Assembly: GCF_006345805.1 (NCBI RefSeq)
Contig: NC_042998.1
Location: forward strand, 85,870,001-85,934,000
From: Octopus sinensis
Taxonomy: Eukaryota
Direction: 5' to 3'
Length of the DNA stretch: 64,000 nt
Positions within the stretch are counted from its first letter, which is position 1, and every line of letters starts with the position of its first letter. A program made the translations under genes and the position numbers. This document shows positions 1-12,300 of the stretch, piece by piece. The notes beneath the pieces are model-generated. The model ran no database searches. It worked only from the letters and a program-made list of their open reading frames with translations, and was not told the DNA's origin.

Positions 1-7
1 CCGGCTA

Positions 8-35
8 GAGAGAGAGAGAGAGGGGGGGAGGGAGG

Positions 36-109
<74 letters not shown>
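8..109. repeat. (GA)n microsatellite with a G-rich interruption
   Basis: Direct reading of the AG dinucleotide run. Confidence 0.95.
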
Positions 110-116
<7 letters not shown>

Positions 117-962
117 AATGACTACTGCAAAGAAAATACATGGTTGCCCAACCTGAGGTAAGTGCAGGAGAAGGAGGGAGAGAGTGGAAGACAGCAGGAT
201 AGAGAAGGTGGCAAAATGTAGGGCATACTCACAAGGGATGGAGATCAGAATATAAATGGGATGGTTAAGTAAAGGAAGAGAGAGATATAGATGGTGGCTA
301 GTGCCAGGGTACACCCATGAGGTTTGGATGCCATAATGTAAGTGACAGGATATTGCAAAGGAAGTGTGATTAAAGAGTGTGGGGGAGGGAAGTGAGTGGC
401 AAAAACCTAGGCATATATAGAGTTGGGGGTGGATTACCAGATAACAATGATACAGAGGAACAGGGTCATGAGAACAGGATTGGGGAGTGAGAGGTAGGCA
501 TAGTGTATGAAAGAGAAAATGTGAGGAAGATAAGAGATGTAGATTGGTTTGTTGGGGTAGGGTGAATGAAAAGTTTTCTTGTTATGTGTGGGTGGAACAC
601 ACAGGTTGGGGGCTAGTGGAGAGCAATCATACAGTGGGACAAGGCCAAGAGGACAAGATTGAGGAGTGGGGGGGTACGTATAGTGCATGAAGCGGAAATG
701 TGATTAAGAGAAGAGATGTAGAGATGTAGTTTGGTTTGTTGTGGATGAGTGTGTGAGAAGTTTTCTTGTTAAGTGTGGGAGGGACACACAGCCCTTCTAG
801 ATCTCAGTTTTGCTGATGTGGGCAGGTCTTCTCAAGAACTTCATATTGCCAGACATCTTGGTCCATTGTCATTTCCTCCATGAGGCCTAACATCCTGAGA
901 CCAGTCCTTAACTACTTCATCTCACATCTTCCTGGGTCTCCCTCTTCTGTGGGTACCATCCA
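110..962 (-). mobile_element. RTE-clade LINE 3' remnant (ORF end plus pyrimidine-rich 3' UTR)
   Basis: Minus strand ~790-960 reads as a decayed G-RRGRPRK-W-EVV...LGL-EEMT-D-D-W...LEKT terminus, like the RTE end at 58150-58420; the UTR has an internal ~80-bp direct repeat (~530-610 and ~710-790). Confidence 0.7.
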
Positions 963-1696
963 CTTTCAAGTTGTTTTGTCAATAAAATACACTGGGACAC
1001 CAGTTGTCATAATCAACAGAGTGCCAGCTTTTTAAAATAAAATAAACCAACGGCAGTAATCTGTAGAACCGGCTGTTCGAGAAAACAGATATTACAGTCA
1101 GCCAAACTTTATATAGATACTTAATGCTAGCTAATTAGCAGATAATCTAATGTAAAAGCACAGCTCCATCTGGACTACTCCATTTCTGCACGCTAATTTT
1201 ATTTTTAATTTGTTCCCATTCATGTGAAACCACTTATTCAAGTTCAAGTCATTGATGCAATTTTATACCAATTGCTATTTTTACTTTTGTTAGGTTACGA
1301 TTATATTATACTTTAGTTTGATTTTAATTATTACTTACTACATATAATTCAATTGTTATTATTATTTTTATTGTTAAAATGAAAGTATCTAACATAAAAT
1401 AGAGAAATATTTTTGTTTCACTTTTAACACGTAATACTGAAATAGTGGAGAAGATATGACATTGCTATGGGCTCGCTCTAAGCAAGAAGTTAAAAATGTT
1501 TTTTGCTGATGACATTCCCCAGACCCTAAGTAAGGCATGTGTAAAATTTGAATGAAATTGGTTGTGTAGTTCTCAAGTTTTAGGGAAACACACAGACAGA
1601 CAGACACACACACACACACACACACACACATTCTCAGTTTTATATATATATAGATATATATATATATCAATGGAGAACTAAAATATTTAGTTTTCA

Positions 1697-2221
1697 ATGA
1701 ACACTGGTATAAACCAGAGAACTAGGATGGAAATAATTGTTAAGCCTTGGATAAGTATGGTATGCAATGGAAGGCCATATGCATTTCAGCAAAACTCTGT
1801 ACTATCACACATGGCTCTAATAATGCATGAATGGATGGCTAGAAATGTTCATGATAACATAACCCCTAATATTTGGCCTCCTAATTTCCCAGATCTCAGT
1901 CCATTGGACTATTACATGTGGGGTGTTGTTGAGAGAAGTCAATGAACATGCCCGTAACACTGAAGATTCTTTGAAAGCTGCCATAGTCAGAATAATGTCC
2001 AAAATGAACCAGGACCACTTGATTCGTGCATGTAGATGATTTAGATCTCATATAGATGCAGTTGCTGAAGCTTAAGGTGGCTTTATTGAAAAACATTATA
2101 GAAAAGTAGGTTTATTTTTATCCTCATAGAAATTTTTGATAAATAAAGTTATTACCTGTTATTATATATCAGTTTTTTTTTTATAAACATAAATCTGTCC
2201 TCAAATATCTTATGCACCCTG
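1697..2221 (+). mobile_element. Tc1/mariner transposase remnant, maT/DD37D-like, with 3' TIR
   Basis: ORF 1697-1945 has FQQNS..H and WPPNFPDLSPLDYYMWGVVE; an out-of-frame continuation ends ..AVAEA*GGFIE; terminus CACCCTG at 2215-2221. Confidence 0.8.
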
Positions 2222-2431
2222 TGTGTGTGTGTGTGTGTGAGTGTGTACAGAGAGAAAGAAAAGCATATTAAGAGTGATTATATGTATCTATACAAAGTAG
2301 ATATAAAATGCTACCAAGAATGTGAGGTGACACTTCACAGCTTTTACTACTTGTACCTCATCTATTTTATTTTTCTAAATATGATTTAACATTTATTTCT
2401 ACTAATTATGAGAATGAAACAGAATATTTAC

Positions 2432-2479
2432 CTTTGGGAATTTCTGTACATTCGACGCTGACTTTGTGCAGTTCTTCAG
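2432..2479 (-). CDS. Host gene exon C (48 nt, phase 1/1): (S)EELHKVSVECTEIPK
   Basis: Minus strand TATATTCAG|CT GAA GAA...CCC AAA G|GTAAAT; length divisible by 3; continues the frame of exon B. Confidence 0.7.
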
Positions 2480-3459
2480 CTGAATATATATATATATATA
2501 TTTGGATGTTAAAAAGAGAAAAAAGAAAATATTTATGGTCTTAAAATAGTACTAGCAACAGAAGCATCATTATGACAAGGGTAACTTTCCTTTTCGCCCT
2601 TTCAGGGTTGATAAAAAAGATACCAATCCATCCAGGGCAGTGAATTAAAAGAAATGTAAGAATGTCAGACCAGACACCTTGTAGTGTTTGTTCTAGCTCT
2701 TTGCATTCTGAGGTCAAATTCTTTCATGGCCTATTTGTATGACAGTCTGTATCTGTCACCTGATTTTTACACTATCACCTCTGGCACCCCAGTGCCTTTT
2801 GCAGAATCCTCTCTGTTTCAAGTATTCAGGTTTCTTCCTTATCTATAACAAATTTTAAAAGTCCTGAAAGGATCATGGACACCACCTTTTCTCCTGATTA
2901 AAAGAGATGTGTGAGTGGGTCATGAAATTTGCCATTATATCATCATCATCATCATTACTATTTTTGAGGCAAATTTTCTATGGCAAGATTCTCTTCTTGT
3001 CACCAAACTTTTCCTATTTCTCAAGCAAGGTGATATTTTCTTATAGTTAGGCAAGTTTTCACAGAAAACAACAACAACCTTGCTTGTATGATGATGATTC
3101 TTATTTACTACTATCACATGATGTCAGGACAAGAGTTCACAACACACATGCGCACACACACACACACACACATGCAGGCATACAAACATGATGTATAGAC
3201 AGGGTTCTTTCAGTTTCTGTCTTCCAAATCCACTCACAAGTCTTTGATCAGCTCAGATCTAGAGTAGATGACACTTGCCCAATGTGTCATGCAATAAATA
3301 TAACTAGAAACTATGTGGTTGGATAGCAAGCTTCTTAACCATACTGTTATGCCTGCACTGATTGCCATGGCTAAACCACAGCTTACTATAGATCTATCTT
3401 TAGTTTTATGTTTAGTTTCAAATTTAGAAAAGAAACAAAAGGTAAATAAAAAGCCTTAC

Positions 3460-3777
3460 AGGATATTTCCAGCCATATTTGATAAGGTTCATTAATTTCT
3501 TTATGGAATGTCATGTTAACCATATTATTGCTTGTGAAGTTCAATAATCCTGTTTTGGTTACAGGTATGTCATTCAACTTTAAAAAATTGGTGATCTCTT
3601 CCTTTGAAGCATTAACTGTTTTGTTTGTCACAACATTCATTACCTTTATCTGGAGTCTGTCATTACTTGTTGCTGTACAAGAGCATGTAAAATTATTCAA
3701 ACTTTTCAGAGGTTCATGAAGGAAAATAATGGTTCCTTCTAATTTGTTTTTCTCACAAATTTCTAGTCTGTGTTCTT
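3460..3777 (-). CDS. Host gene exon B (318 nt, phase 1/1): Cys-containing extracellular domain, weakly CUB-like
   Basis: Acceptor TTTTTGCAG|AA at 3778/3777, donor TCC T|GTAAG at 3460/3459; open frame EEHRLEICEKN...TCSCT...YQIWLEIS within ORF 3386-3802; about 5 N-glycosylation sequons. Confidence 0.85.
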
Positions 3778-3829
3778 CTGCAAAAAACAAAAATAAATAC
3801 ATTAATTTACATTTATTTTATAATTTTTA

Positions 3830-4180
3830 GGTGTAGGAATGGCCATATGATTAAGAAGTTCTCTTGCCAACCATGTGAGTTTGGGCTCAGTCCCACTACA
3901 TGGCTCCTTGGGCAAGTGTCTTCTACTATAGCCCAAAGATCACCAAAGTCATGTGAGTGGATTTGGTACATGGAAACTATGTGTGCGCATGTGTTTGTGG
4001 ATGTGTGTCTGTGCCTGTGCTTGTGGTTGTGTCTTTGTGTCTGTTCCCCTGTAACTTAGTGGTTTGGCAAAAGAAATTGATAGAACAAAAGGAATACTAG
4101 GATTGATTTATTTGACTAAAACCATGAAGTTATGCCCCAGTATGGTCGCAATCCAATGACTGAAACAAGTAACAAATAAA
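3830..4180 (+). mobile_element. Decayed tRNA-headed CORE-type SINE (major family in this window)
   Basis: Head ..GGCCATATGATTAAG.., core CCTTGGGCAAGTGTCTTCTACTATAGC, tail TGACTGAAACAAGT. Confidence 0.75.
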
Positions 4181-4479
4181 TCAAAATTGTTTTCTTTTAA
4201 GATATAGACATAATGTATTCTGTCTGTCATTCTGTTTCAGAGCCATAAATCACAACATTTTCTTATGTTTATTGTACACCAGACACACCTAACCCATTTT
4301 GGTGAAACAGCATTTTCTTTTCTCTGTTACTTTTATTGTGTTGCACTTCTGAGGTCATGAACTAGCTCACCTCTTTAGAACAAATTTCTTTGGCACTCCT
4401 TGTCCATTTTTGTTATCCACTCCAACCATTCACAGGAGAAATTCTAAAGCTGAACACTGATTACATTAATGTTACTCAG

Positions 4480-4865
4480 AATTATATTTTAGTTTATCGT
4501 TTACTTCTTTCAATCATTGAACTGTGACCATGCTGAGGAATCTATTTAAACAAATTAACCACAGTACTTATTTTCAAGTCTGATACTTATTCTATCGATC
4601 AATTTTACTGAACTGCTTAGTTAGGAGCAGGGTGTGTGTGTTTGACAAAAACTAACCAAGACTGGTTGTCAAGTGGTAGTTGGGGACAAACACATCCCCC
4701 ACTGACACATATATGATGAGCTTCTGCACAATTTCCATCTACTTAATTCACTGAAAGTTCAGCTTGGGAGGCTATGTAGAAGGCACTTGCCCCAGGTACC
4801 ACATAGTGGAACTGAACCCAAGATCACAAGATTGGAAAATAAGCTTCTTAACCACACAACCATAT
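4480..4865 (-). mobile_element. Decayed CORE-type SINE
   Basis: Reverse-complement similarity to the 7437-7887 copy. Confidence 0.65.
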
Positions 4866-4984
4866 TTCATGGTTAAAAATTATTTCAGTGGTATTGGATT
4901 GCAACTGAATTGATAAATATATACAATGTTTTTATGAGTTACTGGGACTTGTTAAATTCCACTATGCTTTGAATTTGATAATAT

Positions 4985-5190
4985 TGATTTCAAATCTTGG
5001 TACAAGTTCAGTAATTTCAGAGGAGGAGATAAGTCGATTACATTGATCCCAGTGTTCAACTGGTACATATTTTATTGACCCCAGAAAAATGAAGGGAGTT
5101 GACCTCAGCAGAATTTGAACTCAGAATATAAAGATGGATGAAATGCTGCTAAGTATTTTATTCTGCAAGCAAATGATTCTGCTGGCTTTT
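4985..5190 (-). mobile_element. Second tRNA-derived SINE family (Meta-domain-like centre); decayed copies also at ~2600-2730 (+) and ~53330-53460 (-)
   Basis: Reverse complement contains CTGAGTTCAAATTCTGCTGAGGTCAAC..GGGGTCAATAAAAT..GTACCAGTTGAACACTGGG. Confidence 0.65.
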
Positions 5191-6019
5191 GAATTTAATA
5201 GTATCAAAATAGATACTAGATATAATTCTTTTTGTATAAAAAGTTACACTATTGCAGCAAATATGCACAGAATATTTGGCAACCATTTCCAACTGAACCA
5301 AACCTATGTTGCTAAGTTACTTTCTCTTATGAGAATAAGAATTCATGATCCATGAAAGATACTATAATACTTTTTTTTACTATTTGGTCATTAATAACTA
5401 TTTTTAAATCAGAAATTTGAAGCAAGTAACTTTGTTCTAAGAAGCACTTGACCCATTATTCCCTTTCTATGTGAAATTTAAGTGAGAGTAGTAAATTAAT
5501 TTAGATAAGTTTTCATGATGGAAACAGGTTTAATTACAAAAGAAAACTGGGAAATGAGATCTAAATGAGGAAAAATTTACATTAAAAACTGACCATACTT
5601 AAGCTTTTAGCAGTCAGATTACTCTGTCAAATGTAATACTTATTTATTCACATTGTTTTGAAATCATTTATTATCTTGTAGCTACAAGATTTGGATGATG
5701 TGATTGTTTATTATCAGAATGATATTGTAGAGTTGGTGTGAAAAGCAGAATCTGTCTAGTTTGGACATAAAACAAGGTAGAATATTTGGGCTGGATATAG
5801 CTGGTTTAAATGCTAAAGGGCTAATGTTTCTTCATCAATCATTTTTTATTTAAGAAATAAATAAGGTTTATGACTAACCAGAAACAAAGGACTACTAAGA
5901 CCAGATTCCTTGCAGCACGTAGTTTCTATCTCCTGCTTTCTGTGTTATATTATCATCATTATTCAAACGTATAATGTTTTTGATTTTGTCAACCACACTC
6001 TATAGTAGGCATCTTTCAA

Positions 6020-7605
6020 GGTGACTCCCTCTCCCCATTACTCTTTTGCAGGGTACTGATCCTACTCTCAAACGAACTGAGTAACACCAGGTATGGATTC
6101 AAAGTGTATAATATTATAACAAACCATTTGTTTTATATGGACAATCTGAAGCTGTTTGCTAGAAATGACAAAGTGCTAGCAGGGCTGTTTACTGCTAAAG
6201 AGTTTAGCAATGACATTGGGATGGATTTTGGCCTTGATAGTGTGCTAAAATAACTTTTGCAAGAGGCAAGTGCAAGCAAGCAGCTTCCATTAAATTAGAT
6301 GCTGACACTACCATCAAGGAGCTTGACCCACAAGAAAGCTATAAATATCTGGGGATAAATGAAGGAGATGGTATACAACATGCTACTATGAAGGAGAAAA
6401 TAAGAAAGGAGTATTACAAGAGAGTAAGGCTCATACTAAAAACTGAACTGAACTCCAAAAATCACATTGAAGCCATTAACACCCTGGTTCTTACAGTAGT
6501 CCAATGCAGTTTTAACATCATTAATTGGAATCTTACAGAGCTCCAATGCCTGGACAGGAAGACAAACAAACTACTAACATCTAAGAACATGCCCCACCCA
6601 AAAAGCAGACATTGATCATCTGTACCTACCTGGAAGTAACTAGGGAAGAGGAATGATGCATATGATATAGGACCTCCACATTAGCAATGAACAAGTACTT
6701 ATCTAGTACAGAGGACTGGATGCAGTGGTTTGTGTGCAAACATGAAAGCAGCAGAAAATCACATTCTATTGTCAAGGAAGCTTGCAAATTTGCAAAGGAA
6801 CTTGGCATTAACTCTGAATTAGATGAAGAACCTGAAACCACTGCCACCAAACAAGCAAAACAGATCCAACAGACTGCAAAAAAGAACGGGCAGAACAAAT
6901 TGAGGAGCAGTGAAGCCAGAAGCCTCTGTATGGACAGTATATACTTTAAAGCTGAAATGCTGATGTAAACCAACCAACCAACAACCAGAGACTGGAGGTT
7001 TCATATTAGTGGCACAAGACCAAGACTTACTTACCAAAAACTACCAGGCTAATATTCTTAAAAATGATTCTGGCCCTAAATGCAGATTCTATGATGCATT
7101 TAATGAAATAATAGACCATCTCATCTCAGGATGTTCTGTGCTAACACCAAACAAATGCAAAAATCCCCATGATAGAGTAGGACAGTATTTACATTGGAAA
7201 ATATGTAAACACTACAAAATCAGGACTCCTGCTTATTGGTATGAACATCATCCTGAGCCACTCGTTGAAGGTAAAAATATCACTATCCTCTGGGATTTTC
7301 CAGTCAACACTGACAGAACAATCCAAGGTAATTGACCAGACATAATTATTAAAGACAAAGAAAAAAATACTTGTAGACTAATAAATGTATGTGTTCACAC
7401 TGATAAAAATATATCTCATGACAAATTAAGTAAATAGCTGTAGGGGTGGCTGTGTGGTAAGTAGCTTGCTTACCTACCACATGGTTCTAGGTTCATTCCC
7501 ACTGTGTGGCACCTTGGGCAAGTGTCTTCTACTATAGCCTCGGGACGACCAAAGCCTTGTGAGTGGATTTGGTAGACGGAAACTGAAAGAAGCCCATCGT
7601 ATATA

Positions 7606-7676
<71 letters not shown>

Positions 7677-8244
7677 ATATGTTTGTGTGTCTGTGTTTGT
7701 CCCCCAACATCGCTTGACAACCAATGCTGGTGTGTTTACGTCCCCGTAACTTAGTGGTTCGGCAAAAGAGAGTAATAGAATAAGTACTAGGCTTCAAAGA
7801 ATAAGTCTTGGAGTCCATTTGCTCAACTAAAGGCAGTGTTTCAGCATGGCCACAGTCAAATGACTGAAACAAGTAAAAGAGTAAAAGAGCAAATATAAGG
7901 ACCTGGAAATTGAAATACAAAAGGTGTAGCATCTTAAAGTGAGAACTGTTCCTGTTATTGTGGGTGCACTAGGTATGATAAGAAAGGGTTGTCAAAAACA
8001 TCTAGATAATATCCCAGGAGATAATATCCAAAAGATTGTGCTAACAAGTACTGCCCACATCCTTAGAAAAACCCTATCAGTTTAAATGTCTGTGTTGTAG
8101 TACATGAAGATATTTTGCTACTGCCCCTGCCACTTTCCCTCCCCAAGCTTTCTGTCATACTGTAACATCTCTTATCCTTCACTCACCCTAGGACGCTGGG
8201 TATGTCTCAGCTAGTGATTGTAAGAAATATGCAGCTTAAAAGCA

Positions 8245-8260
<16 letters not shown>
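6020..8260 (+). mobile_element. 5'-truncated R4/Dong-type (REL) LINE, decayed, interrupted by a SINE
   Basis: Fragments ..YKYLGI.., KEYYKRVRLILKTELNSKN, CRFYD..IIDHLISGCSVL..HDRVGQYLHWKIC (CCHC knuckle), WDFPVNTDR..PDIII (REL), ..KYKDLEIEI..VPVIVGALG; ends in (AAT)n. Confidence 0.9.
7437..7887 (+). mobile_element. Full-length CORE-type SINE inserted in the R4 REL domain
   Basis: A-box-like TGGCTGTGTGG, B-box-like GGTTCATTCCC, CORE-like ACCTTGGGCAAGTG, internal (TA)n, (TAAAAGAG) tail; imperfect target duplication AGTAAATA/AGCAAATA splits the KLSKY codons. Confidence 0.9.
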
Positions 8261-8303
<43 letters not shown>

Positions 8304-8379
8304 TAATAATAATAATGATAATAATAATAATAATAATAATATTAATAATAATAATAATAATGATGATGATGATGATGAT

Positions 8380-8790
8380 GTGGAGCCTCAAGACTAAAAC
8401 AATACCTGTTGTCGTAGCTGCCCTAGGAATGATAGCAAAAGGGGTTGATTGCTACCTAGCTCAGATACCAGGAAACCCCAAAATGCCAGAAATTCAAAAG
8501 ATAGTGCTCATGGGAACTGCCCATATCCTATGCAAAATACTTTCTATGTAATCTCAAGTTTTAAAACAAACACATAATTTTCTTATGGTTTCTTAAACAT
8601 TCTCTAGAACAACACTATGTACAAAACCAAATATATGGTACCCTCGGCATAACACAAACATGAACTTCCAACTTGTTGTCTCTTGAGGTCTCTGGGGGAG
8701 ACTTTGAGCCAACTTGTACAAATGTAAAGCAAAAGTCAAACATAAAATAACAACAACAACAACAATAACAACAAAAACAACAACAATAAT
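8380..8790 (+). mobile_element. R4/Dong-type LINE 3' end (second unit of the chain)
   Basis: MWSLKTKTIPVVVAALGMI...IQKIVLMGTAHILCKILSM* followed by 3' UTR and AAC/AAT tail. Confidence 0.85.
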
Positions 8791-8796
8791 AATACC

Positions 8797-8855
<59 letters not shown>

Positions 8856-8889
8856 GAAGAAGAAGAAGAAGAAGATGAAGAAGTCACCA

Positions 8890-9345
8890 AGAATGAAAAT
8901 TGCAAAATCTTGTTGGATGCAATGATTTAGTGTGATCACCTGACCAGATATCAGAAACCAGACATTGTTATAGTGAATAAAAAAGAAAGAACATGCATGA
9001 TAATTGTAAAACATGTCCCGGTGATAACAAGATCAAAGAAAAAGAAGAAAACTGAACAACTATAGTGGGAAATATGAAGAGTGTGGTCAATGGAGAGAGT
9101 AGATGTGATACCAATAGTAATTGGTGCACTTGGAAGTATCAGCACTGAACTAACAAAATGGCGCAAAAAGATTAGTACAAATGTGAAGGTAGAACGCCTA
9201 CAAAAATCAGCGTAGCTTAGAACTGCAAGAAATTTTCATAGGGTTCTTGAAGTATGATCAGTAAACAAGTGTCATTGTAGTCTGCTGGCTGTGGACAGCT
9301 AATACTTTCCATTATACCCAGCAAAATAAGCTGAGAGTTTTCATC
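8890..9345 (+). mobile_element. R4/Dong-type LINE 3' end (third unit, different subfamily)
   Basis: ..WM..*CDHL..RKPDIVIVNKKERTC...VIPIVIGALG..LQKS..LRTARN; AAT tail. Confidence 0.75.
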
Positions 9346-9384
9346 AAATAATTATAATAATAACGATATTAATATCTCCATGTG

Positions 9385-9960
9385 CAGTCGTTTTGCACCT
9401 ACAGAGCCTCTCAATAGGCACGATAGAGCAAAACAATGTATTCATGGGGTAATTTGCAAAGACTTGGACCTGCCCTATGATAAAAACTGGTGGGAACACA
9501 AACCACCTCCAATGCTTGAAAATGACCACATCTCACTCCTCTAGAACTTCACTGTTCAAACTGACTGAAAGATGGATGAGAATAGGCCAGATATTATATT
9601 AAGGGACTTCAGACGAAAATCATGCCTCCACATCGATATGACTGTCCCAATCGACATAAATGTTTCTCTGTCAAGATCTACCAAAAACTGAGCAAGTATA
9701 AAGATCTTGAAATAGAAATTGCAAAATGTGGAACCTCAAAACTAAAGCAATACCTGTTGTCATAGGCGTCCTAGGAATGATAGCAAAAGGGGCCAATTAC
9801 GACCTAGCTCAGATACCAGGAAATCCAAAAATGGAAGAAATTCAAAAAATAATGCTCATTAAAACTGCCCATATCCTACATAAAACATTGTCTATGTAAT
9901 CCCAAATTTTAAAACCAACTTATAATTTTCTTGTTTTCTTAGACATTCTCCAGAACAATA
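9385..9960 (+). mobile_element. R4/Dong-type LINE 3' part (fourth unit)
   Basis: ..NRPDIILRDF...KLSKYKDLEIE...IPVVIGVLGMI; similar to 8380-8600. Confidence 0.8.
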
Positions 9961-10643
9961 CTGTGTGCTGAGGACACCACATACATGTGTAGCCTTAACA
10001 CAGTTCTCGTGAAGGTTCAGTGTGACATAGAATGTAATGAGGCTGATCCTTTGAGTACAACTCATTTTTGCCAGAGTATACTGGAGCAACAAAAAATAAA
10101 GTGTCTTGCTCAAGGATACAATTTGCCACCAGGAATTGAACTCTTGACATTACAATCACAAGCCAAATACCCTAACCACTAAGTCTAGCACCTTCACTAG
10201 GAAAAAAAAGAGAAAGAAAGGCAACAATAAGTCAAGGAAAGAAAGGCAATAATGATGGTCAAAAGTGTGTGTATAGTATACAGGATAAAATACAAAAGAC
10301 AGAATAGATAACAGTAAAAAATCCATGAAGAGGAAAATGTGTGTATGCACATCAGGTTTAGTGTTGGTGAATTTCAGGAAACATGGAATTTTTGATGGAT
10401 GATGTATTCTGACAACTAAAATTAGAGTGAAAGAGTCTTCTGACAGACCATTTTTTCATTTGTTGACCACTCTTGAAAGAAGACATAGATTAATAGTTGG
10501 CTTTAGTAGAGATAGATTTTGGAAAAATGTTAGTAATGAGAGAGAAACTTTAGTAAAAACATTTCTACACATTCTTCATTGTTGTTTGTTGGTGATTGTA
10601 TTAAATGACAATAATGGAGAATGGATATGGAGAAATTTCTTAC

Positions 10644-11195
10644 CATAGATGCATTGCCCATAAAGCTCCAAGTTAGTGATGTTAGAGTAAAGACTGTTTG
10701 AAGTGTTTAAATATGTGGTAAAATTACAATAACTTGTATCAGAACAGTTCACTACTATAGATTCCTGTATTGTACATACATCTGTATATCCATCTCTACA
10801 TCCATACGTACATACATCTGGTGGATTAGATGGTGGAAGACTCGTTAAAGATTCTTCTGTGGTATTTTGACTCAAAGGAGATGTTGTGTAAGAGGTAACA
10901 TCATACGTTGATTGATGACTGTTTGGTATGTTTGTTGAGGAAATATTACTTGAAGTGGTGCTCAGAACAGTGACAGGTGTAGTCTGTGTTATATTGGAGT
11001 CTGTGGCATTGGTAACGTTGACATTACTACTGATGTTAGTAACTACTTGGGGAATCGTGGTGGGATTTTCAGTGTATGCTCTGCACCATTTTAAATTTTT
11101 CACAGCTAAAACAGTATTATCTTTGCATGTAATATTGATATGAATGATGCCGCTTTTGCTGTCAAAAGGGAGATTCCATCTTTTTCCATATGTAA
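10644..11195 (-). CDS. Host gene exon A (552 nt, phase 1/1): Cys motif, Ser/Thr-rich mucin-like stalk, Cys-rich segment
   Basis: Acceptor TTTTTTTCAG|TT at 11196/11195, donor TAT G|GTAAGA at 10644/10643; 184 open codons within ORF 10576-11220; about 11 N-X-S/T sequons. Confidence 0.9.
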
Positions 11196-11270
11196 CTGAA
11201 AAAAATAAATATGAAAACAAATATTTATTATATCATATGAAAAATAATAACAAGAATTATAACATAATTA

Positions 11271-12030
11271 TACAAGGGTTGACAGAAAAGTTCAGAGGCT
11301 GATTAAGATACTCTCATGTAATGTGACCAAATGAGTTTTACTTTTCAACATAATCCTGCTCCGTGGTCCACACTCCTCTTCTATCGATGTTGCTGTGCTT
11401 GGATCCCATTGGTGAAGAAACTTTTATCCTGTTGGCTAAAAAAGTCATCAACAATAGATGTTATAATCACTGTGATACTGGCTCTCAGCCAAATGTTTTT
11501 TTCTGTTAGGGAACTGATGATAGTTAGATGGGGGCCAAATCAGAAGAATAGGGAGGATGAGCACCCAATTTAAAGGCATAACAGTAACTGAAACCAAGGA
11601 CTTGTGTGATGGAGCATTGTCCTAATGAAACAAGACCCCTTCCATCAGTTTTCTTGGGCATTTGGTCTTGATAGCCTTTCATAACAGCCTCAGCAAGTTG
11701 GCATAGTACTCTCTATTGATGGTGTGGAACCTTCAAAGATAGTCAGTAAACACAATGTCATCACCTTCTCTGCAGGTGAAATAATCTTGGCCTTCTTTTG
11801 AGCAGGTGAGGAGGGCTGTTTCCACTTCTTGGAATGTCTCTTTGTCTTTGGCTCAAAGTGATGAACCCAACATTCTTCCTGGCTTAGGAGACATTCAAGC
11901 TGGTTTCCTTCCAGCTGGTGGAAACCAGCTGGATCCATCTCAAACAATGTTATTTCCCTGTGATGTGATCAACCTGGTGTTCTTTTAATCAAGTGCCAGA
12001 TGTGGCAACCACCAAGTAGAAACCTTCATC
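11271..12030 (-). mobile_element. Mariner transposase remnant with 3' TIR
   Basis: WVHHFEPKTKRHSKKWKQPSSPAQKKAK..SPAEKVMT matches the mariner WVHHYEPE..Q..QW...P.K.K...SAGKVM block; TA plus CAAGGGTTGACAGAAAAGTTC terminus at 11271. Confidence 0.85.
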
Positions 12031-12084
12031 ATTCTGAGTTTATTGTGTAGAATACTCTCAACTCTGTCATGGGATATGCTAATC

Positions 12085-12300
12085 ATCATCATCATCATCA
12101 CTATCGTCATTTAACGTCCACTTTCCATGCTGGCATGGGTTGGACTGTTTGACTGAGGCTGCATCAGGCTCCAATCTGTTTCTACAGCTGGATGCTCTTC
12201 CTAATGCCAACCACTCTGAGAGTGTAGTGGGTGTCTTTTACATGCCGCCAGCATGAGGGCCAGTCAGGCGGCATTGGCATCAGCCACGCATGAATGGTGA
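12085..12300 (-). mobile_element. RTE-tailed SINE/LINE 3' end with (GAT)n tail; family also at ~24720-24930, ~25380-25500 and ~55710-55890
   Basis: Reverse complement has GTGGTTGGCATTAGGAAGAGCATCCAGCTGTAGAAAC...AACCCATGCCAGCATGGAAAG..GTTAAATGAC followed by (GAT)n. Confidence 0.8.

Noticed and set aside
4371-4455. Minus-strand segment with a good donor (GAG|GTGAGC) inside the A-B intron
   Set aside because: Stops in all three frames after the available acceptor
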